Below the pieces are notes generated by a model that saw only the letters and a list, made by a program, of their open reading frames with translations, had not been told where the DNA came from and made no database searches. A DNA stretch of 64,000 nucleotides, taken from assembly GCA_012799135.1 (NCBI GenBank), contig JAAZLW010000175.1, positions 3,075 through 67,074 on the forward strand. The letters are read 5' to 3'. This document shows, piece by piece, positions 15,633 through 24,121 of the stretch; the first letter of the stretch is position 1, and each line of letters starts with the position of its first letter. Origin of the DNA: Bacillota bacterium (GTDB taxonomy: Bacteria; Bacillota; Limnochordia; DTU087). The position numbers and the translations under genes are program-made.

Positions 15633-16238
15633 TTAGTCTTCCTCTTCATACCCCCGACAGAACTCCTCTAATTCATCATCATAGCAGAAATCCAATCTCA
15701 TTTCTTGCTCAATCAGAAGTTGAGCCACAGCCTCACCTATGGGGTTGACCTTTCCCATCTGCCTACCACGCTCTGCTAGATAATGAGCCAGATTTGTGTG
15801 TAAGCACTTGATGCCCCGCCCCCGGGCTCCACCTATACCGGTTTCCTCCAACACTTGGGCTTGAGCGGGGTACTGTTCCCTAAGCAAAACCAGCTCTGCT
15901 TGGGGTACCAATTGTACGCGTTGCCTGGCATACTCGTCATGCGCTTTTTCCCACTGCTTTGCCATGTTGATATCTGCTTCCATCCTATGCTGCAGTCTCT
16001 TGATCCAGCCATCTGTCTCCAAGCTGCCCACCTTCTGCCTCAAGGCCGGACAGGTGAGCCAGTACAAAGTGGGAAATATGGCGGGCTCTTCCCTTGTCCA
16101 CTGGATGGGATAGGTGACGATTACTTGAGGGTGACCGGCTAAGCAACGCCTGGCGACCCGCTCCACTCCTCGAGGTGGGCGACCCAACTGGCTGGTGATT
16201 TTCGCTAAATCGGCATGCTGCATATGATCACCTGGCAA
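15633..16238 (-). CDS. DUF501 domain protein
   Basis: GRPPRGV..VARRC..GHPQV...FPTLYWLTCP pattern typical of DUF501. Located next to the divIC/yabR cluster. Confidence 0.65.
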   Translation of the reverse strand: MPGDHMQHADLAKITSQLGRPPRGVERVARRCLAGHPQVIVTYPIQWTREEPAIFPTLYWLTCPALRQKVGSLETDGWIKRLQHRMEADINMAKQWEKAHDEYARQRVQLVPQAELVLLREQYPAQAQVLEETGIGGARGRGIKCLHTNLAHYLAERGRQMGKVNPIGEAVAQLLIEQEMRLDFCYDDELEEFCRGYEEED

Positions 16239-16295
16239 TGATCGAGGCGCCGATTGGCGCCCCTAGTCTCATGAATATGTGTAATGTGTAATATC

Positions 16296-16682
16296 TTAAA
16301 ACCGGGCTGGTCCCCCTCGGCCTCCCCGCTTAGAGTCCAAACTCTTCCTGAGATCCTGCTGTCTTTGGTCACTCTCTTTTAGAAACTTGGAGAGCCGATC
16401 CTCAAAATCCTGGCGGGAGATTCTCCGGTTAACACGGTTATTAGTATTAGTGCCATTAACCTGCTTGATGGATAGACCAATCTTATTGCCGTTGATATTA
16501 ATTACTTTGACCTTAATCCGATCATTCTGCTTCAGGTAGTCGTTGATATCTTTCACATAAGCATCGGCTACTTCGGAAATATGAACTAAGCCTGTTTTGC
16601 CGTCGGCTAGCTCCACAAAAGCGCCAAAATTAGTGATTCCGGTGACTCTCCCCTCGACAATGCTGCCGACTTCGATTGTCAT
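16296..16682 (-). CDS. yabR: S1 RNA-binding domain protein
   Basis: VGSIVEGRVTGITNFGAFVEL..GLVHISE S1 motif. Conserved position after divIC. Confidence 0.85.
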   Translation of the reverse strand: MTIEVGSIVEGRVTGITNFGAFVELADGKTGLVHISEVADAYVKDINDYLKQNDRIKVKVININGNKIGLSIKQVNGTNTNNRVNRRISRQDFEDRLSKFLKESDQRQQDLRKSLDSKRGGRGGPARF

Positions 16683-16801
16683 ACGTAAATAAATGCCTCC
16701 TCATAGAATGTACGGGGCCTACCCCGCTGTGATATAGTATACATTACCGGCAATTCAGTGTCAATAGACGCTGGCATAGACACTGACGCCGATATCTCGG
16801 A

Positions 16802-17269
16802 TCAGTAACCTCCATCGGCTAGTCCATCTTTATCGGAACGTTTTTGCACATCCGCCGGCTCGTCGGGCATCGCTGAGCGCATAGGGATGTACACCGTTTC
16901 GCCAGGTTTGATTAACCCCAACTTCTCTCTGGCCACCTTTTCGATATATGCATCACTCTGCATCTCTTCGATCTGCTGTCTGATGGCCTTATTCCGGCTC
17001 TTGATGGCAGCTATTTCCCTTTCCACCTTGACAATCTTGCCTTGCAACAAAACGATATGTAAATATCGGTTGGCAAAACCAACGCCTACCCAGATCAAGA
17101 TCACAACCAGCAAAAAAAGGAAGAACCTGGGCGTAATTCTCCAGCGTTTCCGAGGTCGCTTGGATTGCCTACGACGAGCTTCAAGCGAGATTACTTCCTC
17201 TGCCACTAGCCTCCCCCTTTGCTCTTCCATATCCGGACATGTGACCTTGGCAGAGGTACTATTCGTCAC
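16802..17269 (-). CDS. divIC: Septum formation initiator (FtsB/DivIC family)
   Basis: Single TM segment followed by a coiled coil, then YIEKVAREKLGLIKPGE. Synteny yabQ-divIC-yabR. Confidence 0.85.
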   Translation of the reverse strand: MTNSTSAKVTCPDMEEQRGRLVAEEVISLEARRRQSKRPRKRWRITPRFFLFLLVVILIWVGVGFANRYLHIVLLQGKIVKVEREIAAIKSRNKAIRQQIEEMQSDAYIEKVAREKLGLIKPGETVYIPMRSAMPDEPADVQKRSDKDGLADGGY

Positions 17270-17308
17270 TGCGTTAGAAAATCCCTGCGAAGCGGTGAGT
17301 GGCTAGGA

Positions 17309-17821
17309 CTATTTCCTGAAAAATGCGAACTTCGGCCACAAGCGCCGTCTTGCTCCTAGCCATCTTGGTTGAGGCCGGCGCCAGCGGGCTACCCTGCAGG
17401 TCTGTACCCGGCCCAGTCGCCACCGTCGACCCGATCGCCACCGGGCCACGCCCTCCCAAGGGAGGCTTACTAAGAGCCAGATGCCCTGGACAAACCCGAC
17501 CAACATCGACCCCATGTAATACCCTACAGTGATGAGGAAGTTGATCACAATCACACTAAAAACACTGAAATAGAGAAAAAGTCCCAGCAATAGACCGAGA
17601 AACACGTAAAAACGCAATTCGCCCCAGTTGCCCATCAGTAGATAGAAGTAAGTTACCGGCGTCGCTACTGTCCAGAAGAGGATGTCCGACAAAGCGGTTA
17701 CGGCTTTTTGTGGCCGAGTCGCTCGGCGCCAGAGCCTATATAAATCAAAGAGCAATCCCAAGCTCAGGCCAGCCGCTATGGTAGCCGCAAAACCATATAC
17801 TTGGCCCGCCAGAGTATCCAT
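17309..17821 (-). CDS. yabQ: Spore cortex biosynthesis protein YabQ, with an Arg/Trp-rich C-terminal tail
   Basis: Membrane protein with GLLFDLYR...DILFW motifs. Synteny after yabP. Confidence 0.8.
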   Translation of the reverse strand: MDTLAGQVYGFAATIAAGLSLGLLFDLYRLWRRATRPQKAVTALSDILFWTVATPVTYFYLLMGNWGELRFYVFLGLLLGLFLYFSVFSVIVINFLITVGYYMGSMLVGFVQGIWLLVSLPWEGVARWRSGRRWRLGRVQTCRVARWRRPQPRWLGARRRLWPKFAFFRK

Positions 17822-17936
17822 TCCTCACCCTCCCACTGCTTGATAGAACCGACTTGACTATACTACGCCCTTAGTGGGGCTGTTGTGCGTGACCATCGAA
17901 AAACATTACAACGGAAATGGGGCCCAACTTGCTCCC

Positions 17937-18269
17937 CTATTTAAACAATCTGCCCAAAAGGCTTTTGCCTTTCCTTTCGCCTACTTCACCAGTATATTCC
18001 ATCATAGTTATATGTCCCACCACAGCGAGATTAGCACTATCGATATTCAATTCCTTGATATGCAGGCCTTCACCTCGTACTACCAAGATACCCGCATCGG
18101 TCTCCAGCACGATCTCCATATCATCAAAGCTTTCTACATTCAAGACTCCGTCAATCGATAGTTTTTCCCGATTCTGTAGGGCGATCTGATGTTTTTTTCT
18201 TAGAGCTAATTGCCGCTCTTCCACAACCCTTACCCCTTTCCCATACAAGATGGCCAATTCCTGGTACAA
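17937..18269 (-). CDS. yabP: Sporulation protein YabP
   Basis: LSIDGVLNVESFDD..LVVRGEGLHIKELN pattern. The real start is probably the GTG at 18224. A sigma-E-like -10 element (CATACCCT, complement of 18269-18276) overlaps the ORF-track start. Confidence 0.8.
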   Translation of the reverse strand: MYQELAILYGKGVRVVEERQLALRKKHQIALQNREKLSIDGVLNVESFDDMEIVLETDAGILVVRGEGLHIKELNIDSANLAVVGHITMMEYTGEVGERKGKSLLGRLFK

Positions 18270-18320
18270 GGGTATGCAGATATCCCCATTTTGATGCCAT
18301 CTCAGTCAAGACATCTCGGT

Positions 18321-18355
18321 CAAGAATAGAAGTAGCGGCATTATCTAGCCGCTAC
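18321..18355 (-). terminator. Intrinsic terminator downstream of spoIID
   Basis: Minus strand: GTAGCGGC-tagataat-GCCGCTAC followed by TTCTATTCTTG. Confidence 0.55.
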
Positions 18356-18435
18356 TACAAGTAACCCTTGGCGCTGCTGATCTCTCTAGCCGCGTATTGC
18401 GGTGGGGAAAGATTACCATGAGCAAGTCCTTGGCC

Positions 18436-19398
18436 TTAGTCCCACAGTTTCTTGATATCAATATTCTTGAAGAAGAACCGGACAATCTCCTGGGGCTGTT
18501 TTCCTTCTTTCGCCAACATGTGGGCATCCCACTGGCTCAAACCGACGCCATGACCAAACCCTTTGCCGGTCATTGTCAGATTGTTTCCCTGTATCTGAAA
18601 CTGGCTGAGCCAGGTGGATTTCATGGTCATTGCATCCAGTGCAACTCGAAAATCGCTAGCTGATACGATTTCACTACCCTTGGTACCCTTAACCCGTAAC
18701 TCTGTCGCACGACCGGTTTTTCCCTTTTTCTCGATCTTCATTTCCTGAATATCGCCGACATCTACATGCATTGTCGCCAACGCCTTTTGTACTTTCGTGA
18801 GAGGAAAGGTGGCATGCCATTCCTTAACATCGGCTGGAGCATAGCGATTGTCTTTGATTTTCACACTGCGGATGTAAGGTGGTTCTTCTTCCTTGAAATT
18901 GAGACCTTCCTTGGCGGTAGTTGTGTGTCCTCCACTGTACGAATGAAACCATGCCCGAATGTACTGGTCCTTGTACGTCATCACCTCGCCCCTGGTCATT
19001 TCTACTGCTCTGGTAATAATGGGTGTGATATTATCTGCATTGTAGGCTTGAGCTTCCTCGTGATCTGTGGATATATCAGTCCCATGTTTGGCCCTAGTTC
19101 CACCCCGACTGATAAACTCCATAGTAAAACTCCTGGCCAAGATAGCTTGAGCAGCATAGGCCTCCAAGGGCCAATTGGGCTTCATCTCTCCTGCTACCAC
19201 ACCGGCGATATACTCTTCGATGGGCATATCTTTCTTTTCACCGGTCTCCTTAATATAGACACTGAGTGTAGGTTCCCTGGCGAATTTTCGCACTGAGCCT
19301 TGTTTCGGACCGGGCCATCCAAGCAGGAGTGACAAACCGGCGACCACGATCAAAGCGATGGCGGCTACAATAGTGCCCGTGCTCTTGGTGAATTTCAT
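18436..19398 (-). CDS. spoIID: Stage II sporulation protein D (SpoIID/LytB domain)
   Basis: HSYSGGHTT and GHGVGLSQW motifs. N-terminal membrane anchor. Confidence 0.85.
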   Translation of the reverse strand: MKFTKSTGTIVAAIALIVVAGLSLLLGWPGPKQGSVRKFAREPTLSVYIKETGEKKDMPIEEYIAGVVAGEMKPNWPLEAYAAQAILARSFTMEFISRGGTRAKHGTDISTDHEEAQAYNADNITPIITRAVEMTRGEVMTYKDQYIRAWFHSYSGGHTTTAKEGLNFKEEEPPYIRSVKIKDNRYAPADVKEWHATFPLTKVQKALATMHVDVGDIQEMKIEKKGKTGRATELRVKGTKGSEIVSASDFRVALDAMTMKSTWLSQFQIQGNNLTMTGKGFGHGVGLSQWDAHMLAKEGKQPQEIVRFFFKNIDIKKLWD

Positions 19399-19668
19399 GG
19401 CATTCCCTCCGCAACCCGTTTCATTCCAGTCCTGTTATCCAACCCCTTGCCACATAGAACCGTTCCTACGATCAAGCATCCCCGCTAATTTGAGCTCTAT
19501 ACATAGCCGATCTAGGCCAATAGTTCTAGATCGCGGTTCCTCGCAAGCATAGTTTTCCCGTCCCAAAGCGATTTTTGATGGCAAATTATGCTGAAAAAGC
19601 AGGAACACCGAGGTTTACAGCGAATACAAACAGCGATTGTCCACCTAACTTATCAAGGAGGGTACATC

Positions 19669-19944
19669 GTGAACAAAAGCGAACTGATAACGGCTGTAGC
19701 AGAAAAATCTGGTTTGTCCAAGAAGGCGGCCGGCGAGGCAGTTGAGGCGGTTCTCGAAACCATTTCCCAGGCCTTGGCCACGGGAGAAAAAGTTACACTA
19801 GTTGGATTTGGAACTTTTGAGGTCAGGCATAGGGCAGCCCGTAAAGGCGTGAACCCCGCCACAGGAGCTCCTATCGACATCCCGGCTACTGTAGTTCCTG
19901 CATTCAAGGCAGGGAAGAACCTCAAAGAAGCTGTGGCGAAATAG
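19669..19944 (+). CDS. hup: Nucleoid protein HU
   Basis: MNKSELI...[28 protein letters not shown] start 7 nt after AAGGAGGG. The longer ORF-track start has no RBS. Confidence 0.92.
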   Translation: MNKSELITAVAEKSGLSKKAAGEAVEAVLETISQALATGEKVTLVGFGTFEVRHRAARKGVNPATGAPIDIPATVVPAFKAGKNLKEAVAK

Positions 19945-19972
19945 TCCTAATCTGAGTTTACCGAAGCCAACC

Positions 19973-20014
19973 GGCTTAGCTCCCTGGTACTGTCAGTGGG
20001 TGGCTAAGCCTTTT
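19973..20014 (+). terminator. Intrinsic terminator downstream of hup
   Basis: GGCTTAGC(t)CCC...GGG(t)GCTAAGCC followed by TTTT. Confidence 0.5.
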
Positions 20015-20123
20015 ACTTGTCGGCACAGGCCCGGGATGTGGCGGAGTATTTCCGCCTTCTCCGGGCAAAGCTACCGAATGGCATCGGGCTTTTTCTCACC
20101 TCTTATCAAAGGAGTCGATCATC

Positions 20124-21611
20124 ATGGCAGACATTACGATAGTGGGTCTAGGCCCTGGCTCGCCAACCCAGATCTCGGTTGGAGCTCTTCAGGCCCTGCG
20201 AAAGGCAAAACACATCTATTTCCGCACTGCAGTACACCCCATAATGCCCTGGTTGCTTAGAGAACTGGATCTCTCCCCTGCCGACTATACTACTTTTGAT
20301 TCATACTACGAGACCTCGTCTTCTTTTGATCAAGTCTATCGGAGGATCCTCGCCACCCTGACAGCACAGGTTGATACGGGGAATATGGTGACCTATGTGG
20401 TGCCAGGGCATCCGGGTGTGGCGGAAACAACCGTTGTGAAGCTGGTGGACTGGGCCAAAAAGGAGGGAAAGGTGGTAGAAATCGTCCCCAGTATGAGCTG
20501 CCTCGAGGCCGTATACATAGCTTTAGGCATTGATCCTACCATGGGCCTTACTATCGGGGACGCCATGGATCTGCCTGACCTTAGGCCAAGTAAACCGATC
20601 TTGTTAACCCAAGTGTATAACAGATTCATTGCCTCTGAGGTCAAATTGCGGCTTATGGATCAGCTTGATGATGAGCATCCGGTTACCGTCATAAGAGCGG
20701 CAGGTATCGCTGAGGAAGAAAAGATCGTTACTATTCCACTTTACCAGCTGGATACCTTACCATGGCTGGATCACCTCACTTCAGTATATGTGGAGGTGAA
20801 GGATGCTCCTCACCCCACTTCTAAGTCACAGGACTATCCCCTGGATCCTCTGGTGGAGGTCATGCAGCGCCTGCGGGCGCCGGACGGTTGTCCTTGGGAT
20901 CAGGTCCAGACCCATGGAAGCCTAAGGCGCTACTTAATTGAGGAAACTTATGAAGTACTGGAGGCCATTGAGCAGGGCCAATGGGATCATGTCAAAGAGG
21001 AGCTAGGTGATGTACTGCTCCAGGTGGTTTTCCATGCCGAGATTGCGGCAGAGAATCAGAGATTTGACATTAATGATGTGATCTCTACCGTCACAGAGAA
21101 ACTCATTCGGCGTCACCCCCATGTGTTTGGTGCCTTAGAGGTTGAAGATGCCAAAGAGGTCAGCCTCAACTGGGAGAAGATCAAAAAGCGCGAACGAGAG
21201 CGAACCGGTGAGCAATATGAGTCTATACTCGATGGTGTGCCTTTGGGCCTGCCTGCCCTAACCCGGGCAGAAAAGACACAAGCCAAGGCCGCTCGAGTGG
21301 GCTTTCAATGGAAGGACATATCAGGAGCCGTGGCCAAAGTCACGGAGGAGTGGCAGGAACTAAAAGAAGCCAGGATGAACGATGATCCGGTCGCTGTCCA
21401 CGGCGAACTAGGTGATCTCTTGTTTGCCCTGGTGAATGTAGCCCGCTATCTGGAGGTCGATCCTGAAATGGCCCTGCGGGAAGCTACCCAGCGATTCATC
21501 AAGAGGTTTAGGTATATCGAAGAAACCGCTGCAAAGCAAGGAGTAGAGCTGGTGGACATGAGTCTACAGGAGATGGATGAGCTGTGGGATGCCGCTAAAC
21601 AGCACCAGTAG
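20124..21611 (+). CDS. mazG: Tetrapyrrole-methylase-domain / MazG nucleoside triphosphate pyrophosphohydrolase fusion (YabN-type)
   Basis: N-terminal TP-methylase-like fold (ITIVGLGPG). Tandem MazG repeats (EETYEVLEAI..EELGDVLLQVV and GELGDLLFALVN). Confidence 0.88.
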   Translation: MADITIVGLGPGSPTQISVGALQALRKAKHIYFRTAVHPIMPWLLRELDLSPADYTTFDSYYETSSSFDQVYRRILATLTAQVDTGNMVTYVVPGHPGVAETTVVKLVDWAKKEGKVVEIVPSMSCLEAVYIALGIDPTMGLTIGDAMDLPDLRPSKPILLTQVYNRFIASEVKLRLMDQLDDEHPVTVIRAAGIAEEEKIVTIPLYQLDTLPWLDHLTSVYVEVKDAPHPTSKSQDYPLDPLVEVMQRLRAPDGCPWDQVQTHGSLRRYLIEETYEVLEAIEQGQWDHVKEELGDVLLQVVFHAEIAAENQRFDINDVISTVTEKLIRRHPHVFGALEVEDAKEVSLNWEKIKKRERERTGEQYESILDGVPLGLPALTRAEKTQAKAARVGFQWKDISGAVAKVTEEWQELKEARMNDDPVAVHGELGDLLFALVNVARYLEVDPEMALREATQRFIKRFRYIEETAAKQGVELVDMSLQEMDELWDAAKQHQ

Positions 21612-21612
21612 T

Positions 21613-23283
21613 CTACTTCACCCAACCGCGGCGACGAAACCACTGACCTAGCTTTACTCCTATCTTGGGGATCAGTTCCAAATCCCGCTGATAGAGGGCA
21701 CCAGTCCCTAGCAGCCCAATCACGTAGACAATGATCCCGATAACCACGGCACCGAGGGTGGCAAATCCATTGCAAACAAAGGATAAGTGGAGTTGCCCCC
21801 GGTCCCAGTGAATCAGATGCACAAAGTGTGTTATAAAGCCGTAGAACGCATCATAGACAACCACTACAGCTAAACCCATTACCAGACTGGCGAGAGCGGG
21901 TTTGAGTACTAGTTCCCGCCAGCTGGGCTGGATTCGGGTACAGCGATACACTGCCCTAAGATTCAAAAGGCTCGCAGCACCAAACCCCAATATGGTACCC
22001 CAAGCTGCTCCCCTAATACCCATCCCCGGTAGGGCCGTTAACCAGTAATTCAGGCCTAGTTTGACCAATACACCGACAACCAGGTTCCGCACAGGCAGAA
22101 GCACCAAACCCAAGCCTTGTAACACGCCAGAGCAAACCTGGAATACTCCTACGGCCAGGGTGCCCAGAGCTAATACCCTTAGCGGCTCACCTGCTTGGGG
22201 ATATCCGAATAAGAGATAGGCAGCATCCCCAGATAGCAAGAAAAGCCCTACTGAAGCAGGTAAGCCAAACAGAACTGTAAGCCGCAAGGCTTCGATTGCC
22301 CGCCTCTGAACATGCTGGTAAGCCCTTAAGGCACTGGCCTCAGCCACTGCCGGCACCAAAGTGATAGAAAGAGCCCAGGTGATCACATTGGGAAAATGCA
22401 TCAGCGACAAAGCCATACCGAAATAGCCCAATGCCTCCCGTATAGCATCGGCACTATATCCAGCCACCTGCATACGTAAAGGTACCAGGCCAGTATCAAT
22501 CATTTGCATTGTTGGCCAGAGAATGGCCCCTAGGACTATGGGTAGCGAAAGGGAAAACAAACGCTGCAAAAGATGCACTGCTGATTCTGCAGACTTGACC
22601 TGAACCCGGTCAGGCAAAGCTACCCTGGTACGGCGCCACCATGCAACATAGTATACAGCCAGGACAATTAACCCACCTATAGCCCCCACAGCGGACCCAA
22701 GCGAAGCCCCTGCCGCACCATACTGCACACCTAGTGGCATGAGCACTGTTGCCAGGATCAACATAGCTACCACCCGGCAGATCTGCTCCACTACTTGAGA
22801 GACCGCGCTGGGAGTCATATATTGCATTCCCTGAAAAAAGCCCCGTAAGGCGGCAACCACTGCCAGCAGAAAAACTGAGGGGACCGTAGCCATTAGCGCC
22901 GGATAGGATAGCGAATCTCGGATTATGTTTTCCGCCAACCACCCGGCACCTAAACCTAGAACACCGGTAAACACAGCCCCCAATAGCATCATTAGAAGCA
23001 ATGTCAAACGAAAGACTCTGACCGCACCTCTGGTATTGCCTAGAGCCAACTGCTCTGCTACCAGCTTGGAAAGAGCTACCGGCAAGCCGGCCACGGAGAG
23101 TATGACGGCTAAGTTGTAGAGAGGTCGCACCATTTGTATTAGGCCCATGCCTTCATCGCGAATGATGCGAGGCAGAGCTACGATGTAAGCAACTCCCAAC
23201 AGTCTACTACAGACACTGGCTATAGCAAGAATCACAGCACCCCTGGCAAAAGATTGCTTACCCACAGTACGCCCCCCTATCAC
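21613..23283 (-). CDS. MOP-superfamily flippase, SpoVB/YabM-like (polysaccharide or peptidoglycan-precursor flippase)
   Basis: 556 aa with about 14 TM segments. Position next to spoVT matches yabM of Bacillus. Confidence 0.75.
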   Translation of the reverse strand: MIGGRTVGKQSFARGAVILAIASVCSRLLGVAYIVALPRIIRDEGMGLIQMVRPLYNLAVILSVAGLPVALSKLVAEQLALGNTRGAVRVFRLTLLLMMLLGAVFTGVLGLGAGWLAENIIRDSLSYPALMATVPSVFLLAVVAALRGFFQGMQYMTPSAVSQVVEQICRVVAMLILATVLMPLGVQYGAAGASLGSAVGAIGGLIVLAVYYVAWWRRTRVALPDRVQVKSAESAVHLLQRLFSLSLPIVLGAILWPTMQMIDTGLVPLRMQVAGYSADAIREALGYFGMALSLMHFPNVITWALSITLVPAVAEASALRAYQHVQRRAIEALRLTVLFGLPASVGLFLLSGDAAYLLFGYPQAGEPLRVLALGTLAVGVFQVCSGVLQGLGLVLLPVRNLVVGVLVKLGLNYWLTALPGMGIRGAAWGTILGFGAASLLNLRAVYRCTRIQPSWRELVLKPALASLVMGLAVVVVYDAFYGFITHFVHLIHWDRGQLHLSFVCNGFATLGAVVIGIIVYVIGLLGTGALYQRDLELIPKIGVKLGQWFRRRGWVK

Positions 23284-23445
23284 CTCATATTTACTCCCGG
23301 GAGGATACCGCTATGACCGACTTTGTCAAACTCCGCTTATAATAAGGTAGCCAAGCCATTCATAGGGAAGGCTTGGCTCTAAAGCATGAGTCCTTAAAGG
23401 GGTGCTTTTCCACCCTACCACGTACTACTCTGTAATTCACGGTTC

Positions 23446-23994
23446 CTATTCCATCTGTTTTGCCAAAAAACCCGCAGCTGTCTCTGCCAATTTCAGTTCC
23501 AGGTCAGTCATCTTGTCGGTGGGTTCAGTGGAACAAATCATAACCACGCCGATCGGATCACCTTCGGACACGATGGGCGCCAATACCTGGTGAGGAAATG
23601 CCCATTGGTCATCTTCTGTTTCGCCTATACCTCCAGCTGTCTCCGCAGAAGGCAGGAGTACAGGCTTACGCTTCTCCATCACTGCTTCAATGTAGCCAGG
23701 TATACTCCGATCCATCCATTGCTTCTTGGGGGCACCGGCCACTGCAACAACAGCATCCCGATCACAGATTATGGAAATATGGCCTGTGGCCTCAAACAGC
23801 GAGTCGGCGTACTCCTGAGCGAAGTCACCTAATTCGCCAATAGGGGAGTATTTCTTCAGGATCACTTCTCCGTCTCTATCGACGAAGATCTCCAGCGGAT
23901 CGCCTTCTCGAATTCGCAGAGTACGGCGAATCTCCTTAGGGATCACCACCCGGCCCAAATCATCAATTCTTCGAACTATACCAGTTGCCTTCAA
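23446..23994 (-). CDS. spoVT: Stage V sporulation protein T (AbrB-family regulator)
   Basis: TTG start 6 nt after AAAGGAGGGG gives MKATGIVRRIDDLGRVVIPKEIRRTLRIREGDPLEIF. The GAF-like C-terminus is present. Confidence 0.9.
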   Translation of the reverse strand: MKATGIVRRIDDLGRVVIPKEIRRTLRIREGDPLEIFVDRDGEVILKKYSPIGELGDFAQEYADSLFEATGHISIICDRDAVVAVAGAPKKQWMDRSIPGYIEAVMEKRKPVLLPSAETAGGIGETEDDQWAFPHQVLAPIVSEGDPIGVVMICSTEPTDKMTDLELKLAETAAGFLAKQME

Positions 23995-24038
23995 ACAGCA
24001 CCCCTCCTTTGTGTTGGGCGCACTAAAGCCGTCACAGA

Positions 24039-24068
24039 TAGTATATAGCCGCCCCAGCACTTTTATTC
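24039..24068 (-). promoter_or_regulatory. Possible forespore (sigma-G/F-like) promoter of spoVT
   Basis: Minus strand: GAATA-N18-TATACTA, 45 nt upstream of the start. The -10 deviates from CAHWHTA at its first base. Confidence 0.3.
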
Positions 24069-24121
24069 ATTACCTAAAGCTTCGCCCCAATTTCCATCCA
24101 TGGCCTACAGATCGCCTCTAT

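Noticed and set aside
15391-15636. 81-aa plus-strand ORF
   Set aside because: It runs antisense through tRNA-Leu with its promoter and terminator, so it is spurious.
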